Shown piece by piece: positions 9,805-19,611 of a stretch of 64,000 nucleotides of DNA. The notes below the pieces were generated by a model. It had not been told where the DNA came from. It saw only the letters and a program-made list of their open reading frames with translations, and did not search any database. Position numbers and translations under genes: made by a program. Source of the stretch: Acidobacteriota bacterium (lineage in GTDB: Bacteria; Acidobacteriota; Vicinamibacteria; Vicinamibacterales; UBA2999); assembly GCA_031364805.1 (NCBI GenBank), contig JANLWW010000179.1, positions 3,159 to 67,158 of the forward strand, given 5' to 3'. Position 1 is the first letter of the stretch, and each line of letters opens with the position of its first letter.

Positions 9805-11439
9805 TCACCGCGTTGCTGCGACGAAGACCGACTCCATCAGCACGAGGTGGTTCGGGTCCAGCACCACGCGGTCGGGTCGCTGACCGGCCGGGATCTGAAA
9901 CTCGTGTGACGCCTCGGAGAGCTGCACGGTGGTGATGGTGGGCGTGGCACCGCCTGCCGCATAGACAGCAACCTGCAGCGGCATCGTGAAGAGGCGCGCC
10001 TTGTCGCGCTGGGTCAGGCGGACCGCGACCGTGCGCGCCTCCGCGCGGTAGCTCCAGTCGCCGCTCACCCGCACCAGCCCTCCCCGCATCAGCCACTGGT
10101 CGAAGAACACGCGGAGGTCTTTGCCGGACGCGCGTTCCATCTGTTTGCGAAAGTCGGCCGTGGTGGCGTGGCCGTCCTGGTGCGCGCGGTAATAGCTGCG
10201 GATGCCCGCCCAGAACGCCTCGTCGCCCATCATGCCGCGCAGCATGTGGAGGACCCAGGCGCCCTTCTGATAGATCTGCCCGGTCGTGACCTTCGACATG
10301 TCGGCGAGGTTGTCGTGGACGATGCGGTAGTCAGGGTTCTGCTTGTCAAAATCGAGCACGCGCTGGCGGCTGGCCTCGAGGCCGCTCAAAAACTCGTCGC
10401 GGCCGTACTGATGCTCGATGAAGAGCAGGGTGAAGTAGGTGGCGAACCCTTCGCTCAGCCACACGTCATCCCAGTCGTACTCGGTCACGGCATTGCCGAA
10501 CCATTGGTGCGCGATCTCGTGGATGACGACATTGCGCCAGCGGACGCTGCGGTCGCCTGTGACCGAGCCTTCGCTGTAGAAAATCGCGCTGGCTGCCTCC
10601 ATGCCGCCGCTGACGCTGTTGGATTGCACGTTGGCAAGCTTCTCGTACGAGAAGGGGCCGACTTTGGCGGAGTAGAACTCCAGCGCGTCGCGGGTAGGCA
10701 CCGCGAAGTCGTAGAAGCCTGCGTCACGGTCCTGCGCGTAGACCCACGTCTGAATGGCCTTGCCCTGAAGCGTGTCCACCTGCTGCACCGCAAAGCGCGC
10801 CACTCCGAGCACGTAGAGCCACGGGGCGATCGGTACCGATTGACGCCAGTGCGTGCGCCGGCGGCTGCCGGGCAGATCGGTTTGCTCGACCTGCAGGCCG
10901 TTCGACACCACCTGATAGTGCGCCGGCGCGGTGACGATCATCTCGGAGGTGGCCTTGTCGTAGGGATGGTCGATGGTCGGCAGCCAGTTTCGAGCCTTGT
11001 CCGGCCAGTTGTCGCTGAAGAACGTGCGATCGCCGTATTTGTTGTTGGCGATCTTCAGGCCCGACGCCGGGACGCCGGCATAGGCAATCTGCAGGCGCAG
11101 CCGTTCGCCGTTGCCGAAGCGACGTGGCAAGGTGACGATGAGCGCGTGGTCGCGATGCGTGAACGCGAGGCTGGTGCCATTGGTCGAGACGGCACTGACC
11201 GTCATCCCGGGTCCGGCGGCGCCCTCCCGGTTCACCAGGTCGAACCGCAGTGACGTCTCACCATCGCCCACGAAGAGCAGATCGACGTCGGCCGTGCCCG
11301 AGATGCGATCGTCTTGATCCTGCAGCGCCAGGGCAAATCGGTAGTGGACGACGTCGACACGCGGGTTCTTCGGATAGGTATCAGCGCGAAGGTCGACGAG
11401 CCCGCAGGTAAGTACGAGAAGCAGGATGAGAGGCCGCAT
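9805..11439 (-). CDS. M1 family metallopeptidase (aminopeptidase N-like), exported
   Basis: HEIAHQWFGN zinc motif plus WLSEGFATY. Signal peptide MRPLILLLVLTCGL. ATG 11439 preferred over the TTG at 11448. Confidence 0.9.
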   Translation of the reverse strand: MRPLILLLVLTCGLVDLRADTYPKNPRVDVVHYRFALALQDQDDRISGTADVDLLFVGDGETSLRFDLVNREGAAGPGMTVSAVSTNGTSLAFTHRDHALIVTLPRRFGNGERLRLQIAYAGVPASGLKIANNKYGDRTFFSDNWPDKARNWLPTIDHPYDKATSEMIVTAPAHYQVVSNGLQVEQTDLPGSRRRTHWRQSVPIAPWLYVLGVARFAVQQVDTLQGKAIQTWVYAQDRDAGFYDFAVPTRDALEFYSAKVGPFSYEKLANVQSNSVSGGMEAASAIFYSEGSVTGDRSVRWRNVVIHEIAHQWFGNAVTEYDWDDVWLSEGFATYFTLLFIEHQYGRDEFLSGLEASRQRVLDFDKQNPDYRIVHDNLADMSKVTTGQIYQKGAWVLHMLRGMMGDEAFWAGIRSYYRAHQDGHATTADFRKQMERASGKDLRVFFDQWLMRGGLVRVSGDWSYRAEARTVAVRLTQRDKARLFTMPLQVAVYAAGGATPTITTVQLSEASHEFQIPAGQRPDRVVLDPNHLVLMESVFVAATR

Positions 11440-11481
11440 GGTCAGCAAATCCTACTGTATTCCGCCCGCGGAGTAGCGCGG

Positions 11482-12753
11482 TCACACCCTCGCCAGCGTT
11501 GCCGCGACGTCCGCCACCGCTCGCGCGAATTGCGCCACTGCCGGAACGTCCACTGATGTCGGCCAGCGATCCGACGGATTGTGAAAGTACGGGCTGCTGC
11601 CAAGCAACGACACGTATCGGCCGCCGCCGATGTGAATGTTGCGGGCCTCGCCGCCGGGCACGGTGCCGCGCGGCACGCGCTGCTCGACCCGCGTGTCCGC
11701 GCGCGCGAGCGCAGCGTCCGCCACGGCCTCGATCGCATCATCTGAGGCTTGCAGCCTGACACGGCCGCCGGCGACGCCGATGTTGGCGCCGAGGTGAATC
11801 CAGGCCGCCGCCGTTTTCATCAGCGCCGGCCGGCTGTGGAGAAAAGCGTCGAGCCCGAGGTGACCGAGCTCGTGGCCGCTCGATGCCACGAAGAGCAGCG
11901 GCCGCCGCGCGGGCGCGGATGCGAGGGCCCTGGCCGTTTCGAGCCAGCACGCAAGGCCCCCACCACGCTCGCCCGCGCACTGCCACCAGCCGCTGCGAGG
12001 CGTCATCACCACCACCGGCGGGAGATCGGGGACCCGTCCGGCAACGGTCGCCACCACATTGTGGGCGGTCGCCCGGGTGCGGGTGGCATGCGCGACAAAC
12101 CGCAAGGCCGCGCCTCGACGGGCAAGGTCGTCGAGCCAGGCTCCGTGTTCGGAGCTGACTTGCAGGACCGGCACACCATACGGCGTCATGAACGAGGCGG
12201 CGTTGGTCGGCGACAGCCCCGGGGTCGCGCCGTCCGTCACGGCCACGATCGCGCGGATCGCACTTGAACGGCGCAGCTCGGCGATCGATCGGCCCTCGCT
12301 TTGGACCCCGGCGGCATTCAGCTTCACAAGTGCGATCACCGGGTTCGACGCTGCTACACCGATCGACCCGGTGAGCCCTTGTGCGTCGGTGAAGGTTCCG
12401 TCGAACAGTGGCAGGCCCTCGATGCGGCGGCCGTCGGCCGCAATCGACGCGGACGCGACGTCGACGCGATCGAGTGCGAACGACTCGAGCGCCGCGGTGG
12501 CGCCCGCGCGCGTGGCCAGTGCGGCGAGCCACATAGCGGACGCGTCATCGCCCGCGGTCGCCGTACGGTGGATGCCCTGGCGATCGTACTCCTCGATTAC
12601 CCGCGCGATACGCGCCTCCAGGTCGTCGCCTGCGCCGTTCGGTTGCGACGTCCGAGGTTCGCTGATGGCGCCTCCCAGCCCGCCGGTTAGCAGCCAGCCG
12701 GTCGAGAGCGCCGCCAGCCGCAGAAACTCGGCACGGTTGAACGATGCCGTCAT
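11482..12753 (-). CDS. exported hydrolase, M28-like peptidase family (tentative)
   Basis: N-terminal signal-like MTASFNRAEFLRLAALSTGWLL. FVASSGHELGHLGLDAF resembles the SGEE.G..GS segment of M28 peptidases. Family assignment is uncertain. Confidence 0.45.
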   Translation of the reverse strand: MTASFNRAEFLRLAALSTGWLLTGGLGGAISEPRTSQPNGAGDDLEARIARVIEEYDRQGIHRTATAGDDASAMWLAALATRAGATAALESFALDRVDVASASIAADGRRIEGLPLFDGTFTDAQGLTGSIGVAASNPVIALVKLNAAGVQSEGRSIAELRRSSAIRAIVAVTDGATPGLSPTNAASFMTPYGVPVLQVSSEHGAWLDDLARRGAALRFVAHATRTRATAHNVVATVAGRVPDLPPVVVMTPRSGWWQCAGERGGGLACWLETARALASAPARRPLLFVASSGHELGHLGLDAFLHSRPALMKTAAAWIHLGANIGVAGGRVRLQASDDAIEAVADAALARADTRVEQRVPRGTVPGGEARNIHIGGGRYVSLLGSSPYFHNPSDRWPTSVDVPAVAQFARAVADVAATLARV

Positions 12754-13127
12754 TGCGGCGCCTTCCGATAGCGTTCGGGAAGGCCCGGCATGAAAATCGG
12801 CGGGCTCAAGTACATGTGGCCTCGCGCGAGCTCAGCGGAAGTCTCCCGCGTGAGGCTCGCCTGCAGGTCGAGCGCCGCCATCCACGCCCGGTAATCAGGC
12901 CCGTTGCCGCCCATCAACACGGCCGCATCGCGGCGCATGGCCTGCCGGTGCGCCTCGCTCGCATAACGTGTCATCGTGACGACCTCGTCGTAGTCAGGGC
13001 TCTCCTTGGTGCGGTTCGGAGCCTCTGGATAAATCACGGTCCACTGTCCGATCGGCCGCGCGCCCATCTGGACGGCGGCCAGCAAGACGAACCCCAGTGC
13101 AACGCAGGACCGTAGCATCATGGACAT
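12750..13127 (-). CDS. hypothetical small exported protein
   Basis: Start chosen at MSMMLRSCVALGFVLLAAVQMGA (signal peptide, GAAAGGG upstream). Its stop overlaps the start of the downstream hydrolase gene by 4 nt. Confidence 0.5.
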   Translation of the reverse strand: MSMMLRSCVALGFVLLAAVQMGARPIGQWTVIYPEAPNRTKESPDYDEVVTMTRYASEAHRQAMRRDAAVLMGGNGPDYRAWMAALDLQASLTRETSAELARGHMYLSPPIFMPGLPERYRKAPQ

Positions 13128-13167
13128 CCCTTTCGTGAAACCGAATCTTACCGGAAGGAGAGTGACC

Positions 13168-13653
13168 GTGTGTGCAATGCCCATCGCAACGTCGGTCGAT
13201 CTTCCTGAGGGCGCACGTAACACCAAAAGCGCCTGCGAATCGGTGTACTCTTTCGGTGTGGCCAATCTCAAGGCTGATACGACTATCGCCATTTCTGGCG
13301 GCGTCAGGGCGCCGGCGCTGCAGGGGTTCGCGGCTGCCGCCGCGGCGTCGGACGGCGTGTCTCTCGCGTCGCTCGCTGCCATCGATCAGCTCGAGGTGCG
13401 GACCCGAAACTCCCTCTATCGGATTACGGTGCTCGACGGTGGGACCGGGCGCGTGCTGGTGCTCGGCGGCGAATTCTTCCCGGTGTGGTGCGAGGCCCAC
13501 TGCGCCGGCAGCACGCTTGGCGGCAGTCTCCTGAAAATGGGCTGGGTAGGCCGTGGATTCTGTATGGAGTTCACCTGCCAGGGCCAGCGCATCGTCACGA
13601 CCCGGGCACAAGAAGTCCGGCGGGTCGCGGCCCCCGCTGGCAAGGTTTGCTGA
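13168..13653 (+). CDS. hypothetical protein (start uncertain)
   Basis: ORF 13120..13653. AAGGAG lies 7 nt upstream of the in-frame GTG at 13168. The C-terminal half (LYRITVLDGGTGRVLVLGGEFFPVWCEAHCAGS...) has protein-like composition. No recognisable family. Confidence 0.35.
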   Translation: MCAMPIATSVDLPEGARNTKSACESVYSFGVANLKADTTIAISGGVRAPALQGFAAAAAASDGVSLASLAAIDQLEVRTRNSLYRITVLDGGTGRVLVLGGEFFPVWCEAHCAGSTLGGSLLKMGWVGRGFCMEFTCQGQRIVTTRAQEVRRVAAPAGKVC

Positions 13654-13770
13654 TTCCCGCGGACGCTATCTAGTCTCGCCACCTCGTGGCGCTGTCGCCC
13701 GCTTAGGTCGGGCGGTGAGCCTCCGACTGCGCTATATTCGCCGGCGAAGACCACCTGAGGAGGGTCGGCG

Positions 13771-15900
13771 ATGCGCATTGATGATCGGTCTACGAACGTC
13801 GTGCTCGCGGGGGCCCTGGCCTCCATGGTGCTGGCGGCATCCTTATCGGCTGGAGGTTGGAGCGACGCTTTCCAGGGCAACGCAATCACGCGGGTCGTCG
13901 ATGATGCGGCGCTCGCGGATGAAACGAGCGGCGACAACTGGCTGGCCTACGGGCGCACCTACAGCGAACAGCGCTTCAGCCCGCTCAGCCAGGTCAACGA
14001 CACGACCGTCAGCCGGCTGGCGCCCGACTGGGTCGTCGAGCTGCCTGGTGATCGCGGACTGGTCTCCACGCCGCTCGTCGTCGATGGCGTGATGTATTTC
14101 ATCGGCGGCATGAACGTGCTCCGCGCCGTCAATGCCATGTCCGGCGCGTTGCTGTGGGAGTTCGATCCCGAGCTTCGCGCCGTGGCCGGCCAGATGCGCG
14201 CCGGCTGGGATCACAACCGCGGCATCGGGTTCTGGAAGGGCAAGGTGTACGTCGCTACTTGGGACGGACGCCTGATCGCCATCGACGCGCGAACTGGCAA
14301 GGAGCTGTGGCGCGTGCGCACGTTCGAGCCAGACCAACCGCTTTACATCACGGGCGCACCGAAGATCTTCAAGGGCAAGGTGCTGATCGGCAACGGCGGC
14401 ACCGAGCACGGACCTTCACGCGGCTACGTCACGGCCTACGACGCCGAAACCGGCAAGCAGGCCTGGCGCTTCTTCATCGTCCCCGGCAACCCAGCCGACG
14501 GCTTCGAGAACGACGCGATGCGCATGGCCGCCAAGACGTGGACCGGCCAGTGGTGGCTTCACGGCGGCGGTGGCAACGCGTGGCATGGTTTCACCTACGA
14601 CGCGGAGCTCGATCAGCTCTACATCGGCACCGGCAACGGCTCACCGTGGAACCGGAAGATCCGCAGCCCCGAGGGCGGCGACAACCTGTTCTTGTGTTCG
14701 ATCGTGGCGCTCAATCCCGATACGGGCGAGTACAAGTGGCACTACCAGACAACGCCGGGCGAAACCTGGGACTTCAACTCGAACATGGACATCGTGCTGG
14801 CCGACTTGTCGATCGCGGGACGCCCGCGCAAGGCGATCCTGCACGCGCCGAAGAACGGGTTCTTCTACGTGATCGATCGCACCAACGGCAAGCTGATCTC
14901 GGCCGAACCGTTCACGAAGACGACGTGGGCGAGCCGGATCGACAAGGAAACCGGACGGCCCATCGAGGTCGAGGGCGCGCGCTACGAGCGCGGCGTCGCG
15001 ACCGTGGCACCGACACCGATCGGTGCCCACAGCTGGCACGCAATGTCGTTCAACCCGAAAACGGGGCTCGCCTATTACCCGGCCATGCACCTCACCGCCA
15101 CCTTCAACGACAAGGGCTTCGACCCGAAGACGTGGCGCGCCACACCCTGGTCGATCGGCTACGGCGTGGGCGGACAATTCATCAGCGGCGCGTCGCGCCC
15201 GGGGACCAGCCTCTCGTCACTCCAGGCGTGGGACCCGGTGCGGCAACGCCTGGCTTGGGAAGTGCCGATGGACGGCGTGTTCCATCCAGGCACGATGACC
15301 ACAGCCGGCAACCTCGTGTTTCAGGGGCGCGTGGACGGATCGCTCAGGGCGTATACGGCAGACACGGGCAAAGAGGTGTGGCGGCGCGACCTGGGTCTCG
15401 GCATCTCGGCGCCGCCGATTACCTACGCCGTGAATGGCAAGCAGTACGTGGCGATTCTCGTTGGCTGGGGTGGCGCCATGGCCGGCCTCGGCGGCCCTAT
15501 CTCCGCCGCGCACGGCTGGGCATACGGCGTGCACAAGCGGTATCTCGTGGCGTTCTCGCTCGACGGCAAGGCGGCACTCCCGGCGCAACCGCCGCCGACG
15601 TTTGCGACGCCATTGAAAGCGGAATTCACGGTGAACCCGACGCTGGCTCAGGCGGGTGCGGAGTTGTATGCGCGATGTGCCGCCTGCCACGGCCCTGGTG
15701 CCGTGGCCGCCGGCATGGCGCCCGACCTGCGGGCCGCGCTCGTCGTGACGTCGGCCGAGCAGTTCGCGCGGATTCTGCGCAACGGCGCGCGCGCGGCGCG
15801 GGGCATGCCGGCGTACGCGGACATCACCGACCAGGAGCTGACGGCGCTGCAGCACTACATCCGCCAGCAGGCGGAGGCTGCACTGCGGCGAAAGCCCTGA
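13771..15900 (+). CDS. quinohaemoprotein PQQ-dependent alcohol dehydrogenase (methanol/ethanol family with C-terminal cytochrome c domain)
   Basis: GAGGAG RBS. DNWLAYGRTYSEQRFSPL start of the PQQ propeller, with repeated W-motif blades. C-terminal CAACHG haem c site. Confidence 0.9.
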   Translation: MRIDDRSTNVVLAGALASMVLAASLSAGGWSDAFQGNAITRVVDDAALADETSGDNWLAYGRTYSEQRFSPLSQVNDTTVSRLAPDWVVELPGDRGLVSTPLVVDGVMYFIGGMNVLRAVNAMSGALLWEFDPELRAVAGQMRAGWDHNRGIGFWKGKVYVATWDGRLIAIDARTGKELWRVRTFEPDQPLYITGAPKIFKGKVLIGNGGTEHGPSRGYVTAYDAETGKQAWRFFIVPGNPADGFENDAMRMAAKTWTGQWWLHGGGGNAWHGFTYDAELDQLYIGTGNGSPWNRKIRSPEGGDNLFLCSIVALNPDTGEYKWHYQTTPGETWDFNSNMDIVLADLSIAGRPRKAILHAPKNGFFYVIDRTNGKLISAEPFTKTTWASRIDKETGRPIEVEGARYERGVATVAPTPIGAHSWHAMSFNPKTGLAYYPAMHLTATFNDKGFDPKTWRATPWSIGYGVGGQFISGASRPGTSLSSLQAWDPVRQRLAWEVPMDGVFHPGTMTTAGNLVFQGRVDGSLRAYTADTGKEVWRRDLGLGISAPPITYAVNGKQYVAILVGWGGAMAGLGGPISAAHGWAYGVHKRYLVAFSLDGKAALPAQPPPTFATPLKAEFTVNPTLAQAGAELYARCAACHGPGAVAAGMAPDLRAALVVTSAEQFARILRNGARAARGMPAYADITDQELTALQHYIRQQAEAALRRKP

Positions 15901-16335
15901 CTACTGTGCGTGTGTCGAGTTACACGCGAACGACGGGTTTGTCCTGCATCACGTCGACGTCAGAGCACGCTGGTGTGGGAGCGCGTCCAGAAGTAAGGGC
16001 CGAGGTTCCGTACGAGCCGTATAATCAGCGGCGTGCAGGTGCGTTCGCTGCCTGGTGTCAAGAAGGCCGTCGCCGGTATCGTCGCGACGCGGCCCGGGGT
16101 GCTGGCCGCTTACGTGTGCGGCTCGAGCGCGTCGGGACGTGCGCGCCCCACGAGGATCTTCGCCCTGCTCGCCAACACCGCACGCTCAGGCATGACCTGC
16201 GAGATTGCGAGCGTTTCATAGCCTTCGTCTTGAAGCTCGTGTGATTCCGCTCGATCGGCAGCTGACGGCGACGGCCAAGTGAGCCTCTCCACGCGGATGA
16301 CCACGCGGCGATGCCGTAACTCAAGGAGGACAAGC

Positions 16336-18081
16336 ATGCAGCGGTGGTTGATTGTCGGCTTCGGCTTCGTCTCGGTCGCGTTGCTGCTGCTGGCGGCGAC
16401 GGGCACGCCGCAGGCGCAGGTTCCGGCCGATCTCGTTCTCATCAACGGTCGCGTCCTCACTGTGGATGCGACCGATTCGGTGGCGCAAGCCGTCGCGATC
16501 GCAGGCGGAAGAATTGTGGCGGTGGGCACCAGCGATCAAATCCGCACACGCATCGGCGCTCAGACCCAGATCATCGATTTGCGCGGTCGCGCGGCGACGC
16601 CCGGCCTGATTGACACGCACGTGCATTTCTCAGAGGCGGCCGCTCTGTTCACGGTTGACCTGAGTGACGTGGCCATCAAGAAGATGGCCGATGTGCTGGC
16701 GCGGGTGGCGGCGCAGGTCGCCAAGACGAAACCGGGAGAGTGGGTTCGCGGCAACGGGTGGGACGAGGGCAAGCTGGCCGAGCGCCGTTACATCACGGCG
16801 GCGGACCTTGATACGGTGTCGCCTAATAACCCGGTGTGGCTGGAGCACACCACCGGCCACTACGGTGTCGCCAACAGCTACGCGCTCAAGATGGCGGAAG
16901 TTCGGAAAGACACCAAGGATCCGCCTGCCGGCACCATCGACCGCGATGCGCAGGGTAATCCCACCGGCGTCATGAAGGAAGCCGCGGCTGGCTTGGTGTC
17001 GCGCCTGGTGCCGCCCTACACGCGCGAACAGCAGCGCGAAGGCGTGGTGCGCCTGATCGCAGACTTCAACAAGGAAGGGATGACGGGCGCGAAGGACCCT
17101 GGCATCGGCCAGCAGAAGTGGGACCTCTACCAGGAGCTGCTCAAGGAGGGCAAGCTCACGGTGCGCATGTTCGCGCTGTGGTCCGGGTCGAGGAACGGGC
17201 AGGGTGCGGACCAGGTGCTCGCCCGCGTGCAGGCGTTGCCCAGGCCGCCGGCCTCGTTTGGTGACGGCGTGCTGATCTCGGGCGGCGTCAAGATGTTCAT
17301 GGACGGCAGCGGCGGCGCGCGCACGGCGTGGATGTACGAGGACTGGAACCAGAACTTCAACGACCGGGACGCCGGCAACGCCGGTTATCCCTCGATCGAT
17401 CCCGACGCCTATCGTCGCATTGCGACGGACCTGCATAATGCCGGCATCCACGTCAGCACGCACGCCATCGGCGATCGCGCCATCGACTGGGTGCTCGACA
17501 CCTACGATCGGGCGCTCAAAGCCAAGCCCACCAAGGGACTCCGGCACGGCATCATCCACGACAACACGCCAACCGACCACGCGATAGATGTCACCGCCAG
17601 GCTCCAGCGCGACTATGACGCGGGCTACCCCGAGTCGCAGTCCGCGTTCATGTGGTGGATTGGCGACAACTATGCCGGCAATCTCGGCCGCGAGCGCGGG
17701 CTGCGGCTTTCGCCATTTCAGAGCTACGTGCAGAAAGGCATCAAGTGGGCCGGTGGTTCGGACTATCCCGTCACGCCGTTTCCGGCGCGCTACGGCCTGT
17801 GGTCGTCGGTCGCGCGCGCGACGCTCAACGCCACCTACGGCGCGACGCCGTTCGGGACGCAGGAGTCGGTGAACATCAAAATTGCGCTCCGCTCGTACAC
17901 CGCATGGGCGGCACGTCAGCTCTTTCTCGAAGACCGCGTCGGATCGATCGAAGTGGGGAAGGACGCGGACATTGCGGTCTGGGATCGCGATCCCTACACC
18001 GCGCCCACAGCCGATCTGAAGGACATGAAATGCGAGCTGACGCTGTTCAAGGGCAAGGTCGTCTTTGAAACCGCCAGATGA
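16336..18081 (+). CDS. amidohydrolase family protein (Amidohydro_3-like), exported
   Basis: ATG 16336 preceded by AAGGAGGA. Signal peptide MQRWLIVGFGFVSVALLLLAATG. GLIDTHVHF metal-binding motif. Long TIM-barrel amidohydrolase architecture. Confidence 0.85.
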   Translation: MQRWLIVGFGFVSVALLLLAATGTPQAQVPADLVLINGRVLTVDATDSVAQAVAIAGGRIVAVGTSDQIRTRIGAQTQIIDLRGRAATPGLIDTHVHFSEAAALFTVDLSDVAIKKMADVLARVAAQVAKTKPGEWVRGNGWDEGKLAERRYITAADLDTVSPNNPVWLEHTTGHYGVANSYALKMAEVRKDTKDPPAGTIDRDAQGNPTGVMKEAAAGLVSRLVPPYTREQQREGVVRLIADFNKEGMTGAKDPGIGQQKWDLYQELLKEGKLTVRMFALWSGSRNGQGADQVLARVQALPRPPASFGDGVLISGGVKMFMDGSGGARTAWMYEDWNQNFNDRDAGNAGYPSIDPDAYRRIATDLHNAGIHVSTHAIGDRAIDWVLDTYDRALKAKPTKGLRHGIIHDNTPTDHAIDVTARLQRDYDAGYPESQSAFMWWIGDNYAGNLGRERGLRLSPFQSYVQKGIKWAGGSDYPVTPFPARYGLWSSVARATLNATYGATPFGTQESVNIKIALRSYTAWAARQLFLEDRVGSIEVGKDADIAVWDRDPYTAPTADLKDMKCELTLFKGKVVFETAR

Positions 18082-18109
18082 TCATACTCTTCACAATTCA
18101 GGAGGCCTC

Positions 18110-18610
18110 ATGACAGCGTTCGTCTCGCAGTCCATTTGGCGGCACGTGGTGAACACCGCCGCCATCGTCCTCATCGCCGGCGTCGGCTCTGCGGTCAGCC
18201 AGCAAGCTCGCGGCCCCGCTCCGTCGCGACGCGTGGTGCAGCCCGCCAACTACAAGCCGTCGCCGGCGCCGCTCGTGCCGGCGGTGCTGGTCGGCGACAC
18301 CCTGTATCTCTCTGGCAGCACTGGGGGTGACCCGGTGTCCGGCCAGCTCGTTCCGGGAGGGCTCGAGGCCGAGATGAAGCAGATCATGTCCAACATCACC
18401 ACGGTGCTGGCGGCCGCCAACATGACGCCCGCCGATGTCGTCTCGGTGACGGCGTACCTGACCGACATGAACGACTACGCGCGTTTCAACGACCTCTACC
18501 GCACCTTCTTCCCGAACGGCAGCTACCCGGCGCGCTCCACAGTGGCCGTGAAGGAACTGGCTCGCGGGGCCAAGATCGAGCTGACGATGACCGCGGTTCG
18601 CAGCAAGTAA
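18110..18610 (+). CDS. RidA/YjgF/L-PSP family protein with N-terminal signal/anchor
   Basis: ATG 18110 preceded by AGGAGG. Hydrophobic N-terminus VNTAAIVLIAGVGSAV. LYLSGSTG...ARSTVAVKELARGAKIEL is typical of the RidA family. Confidence 0.85.
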   Translation: MTAFVSQSIWRHVVNTAAIVLIAGVGSAVSQQARGPAPSRRVVQPANYKPSPAPLVPAVLVGDTLYLSGSTGGDPVSGQLVPGGLEAEMKQIMSNITTVLAAANMTPADVVSVTAYLTDMNDYARFNDLYRTFFPNGSYPARSTVAVKELARGAKIELTMTAVRSK

Positions 18611-18641
18611 CCAGATCGCATCGACTGCCGAGGAGATCCCC

Positions 18642-19571
18642 ATGAGACGCCTTGCCCTTGTTCTTGTCGCCGTCATCGCCACCGCCACCGTGGCCTTCGC
18701 CCAGTCCGCGGCTCCGGCCAATCCCCTGTGGCACGAGCAGAAGGTCAAGAACTACCTGCCGCACATGACGTGGCCCGAAGTGGCCGACCTGCTGACACGC
18801 ACCGACATGGTGATCCTGCCCATTGCATCGATCGAGCAGCACGGCCAGCAGGGACCAATCGGCACCGATTTCCTGAACGGGCTGGAGCGCGCGAAGCTCA
18901 TTGCGCAACGGACCGACGTGCTGGTCGCGCCAATTCTGTTTCCCGGCAACTCGCCCTATCACATGGCATTCCCCGGCACCATCACGCTGCCGACCGAGAC
19001 GATTCAGCTGGTCTACTTCCAGGCGGCGCAAAGCCTGATCAAACAGGGTTTCAAACGGTTCCTGCTCTTGAACAGCCACGCCGGCAATCAGGCCGTCACG
19101 CGCTACATCGTCGATCGCATCAATCAGGAAACCGCCGGCATCGCCGTCGAGCTCGGCGAAGCGGCGGAGCCATTCCAGAAACGTTCTGCCCGCAAGGACC
19201 CGCCGGAGTTCGATCGCCACGGGGGCGTGAACGAAACATCGAACTCGCTCTACCTCACGCCCAACCTCGTGAACATGAGCGTGGCGCGCACGGCCCCGCT
19301 GACGCTGCTCCCGCACCTCCAGGCAATGCTGCCCGAGGTGGTGGCCGGCGACCCCACGGCCACGCGCGTGTTCCTGGCCGAGGCGCTGAAGTCCGCTGAC
19401 ACGGGAAAAGGGACGTCCACCAAGGACATGACCACGACCGGTGTGTGGAGCGCGCGCGACGTCAGGGCTGCGACCGCGGAGCGCGGGCGCGAGGAGTCGG
19501 AAAGGCTGGTCGCCGCCTCGGTGGCGTTCATCGAGCGGTGGAAGCAACTGCGACCGCTCGGCGTGAAGTGA
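18642..19571 (+). CDS. creatininase (creatinine amidohydrolase) family protein, exported
   Basis: GAGGAG RBS. Signal peptide MRRLALVLVAVIATATVAFAQS. LPIASIEQHGQQGPIGTD motif and HGGVNETS. Confidence 0.8.
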   Translation: MRRLALVLVAVIATATVAFAQSAAPANPLWHEQKVKNYLPHMTWPEVADLLTRTDMVILPIASIEQHGQQGPIGTDFLNGLERAKLIAQRTDVLVAPILFPGNSPYHMAFPGTITLPTETIQLVYFQAAQSLIKQGFKRFLLLNSHAGNQAVTRYIVDRINQETAGIAVELGEAAEPFQKRSARKDPPEFDRHGGVNETSNSLYLTPNLVNMSVARTAPLTLLPHLQAMLPEVVAGDPTATRVFLAEALKSADTGKGTSTKDMTTTGVWSARDVRAATAERGREESERLVAASVAFIERWKQLRPLGVK

Positions 19572-19611
19572 CGCGGGCCCGCGACCGTGCGCCCGACGGC
19601 CGGCGTCGAGC

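Noticed and set aside
11482-12753. Tat export signal for the M28-like hydrolase (NRAEFLRL)
   Set aside because: Only a single Arg precedes the FL motif, so the twin-arginine consensus is not met. Described only as signal-like.
14154-16244. 696-aa ORF in an alternative + frame across the PQQ dehydrogenase gene
   Set aside because: Extremely Arg/Gly/Pro-rich and overlapping a well-supported gene in another frame. Same artefact class as 2739..3257, 3731..4768, 33279..34691, 43717..44724 and others.
15901-16335. 435-bp gap containing ORF 16033..16221, whose translation (..VLAAYVCGSSASGRARPTRIFALL..) faintly recalls the GS-x-ArG..DxD region of minimal nucleotidyltransferases. A TATAAT-like box lies at about 16017.
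   Set aside because: The catalytic DxD is absent, there is no convincing RBS, and no HEPN partner is present. At most it is a degenerate remnant, too weak to annotate as a gene or TA module without a profile search.
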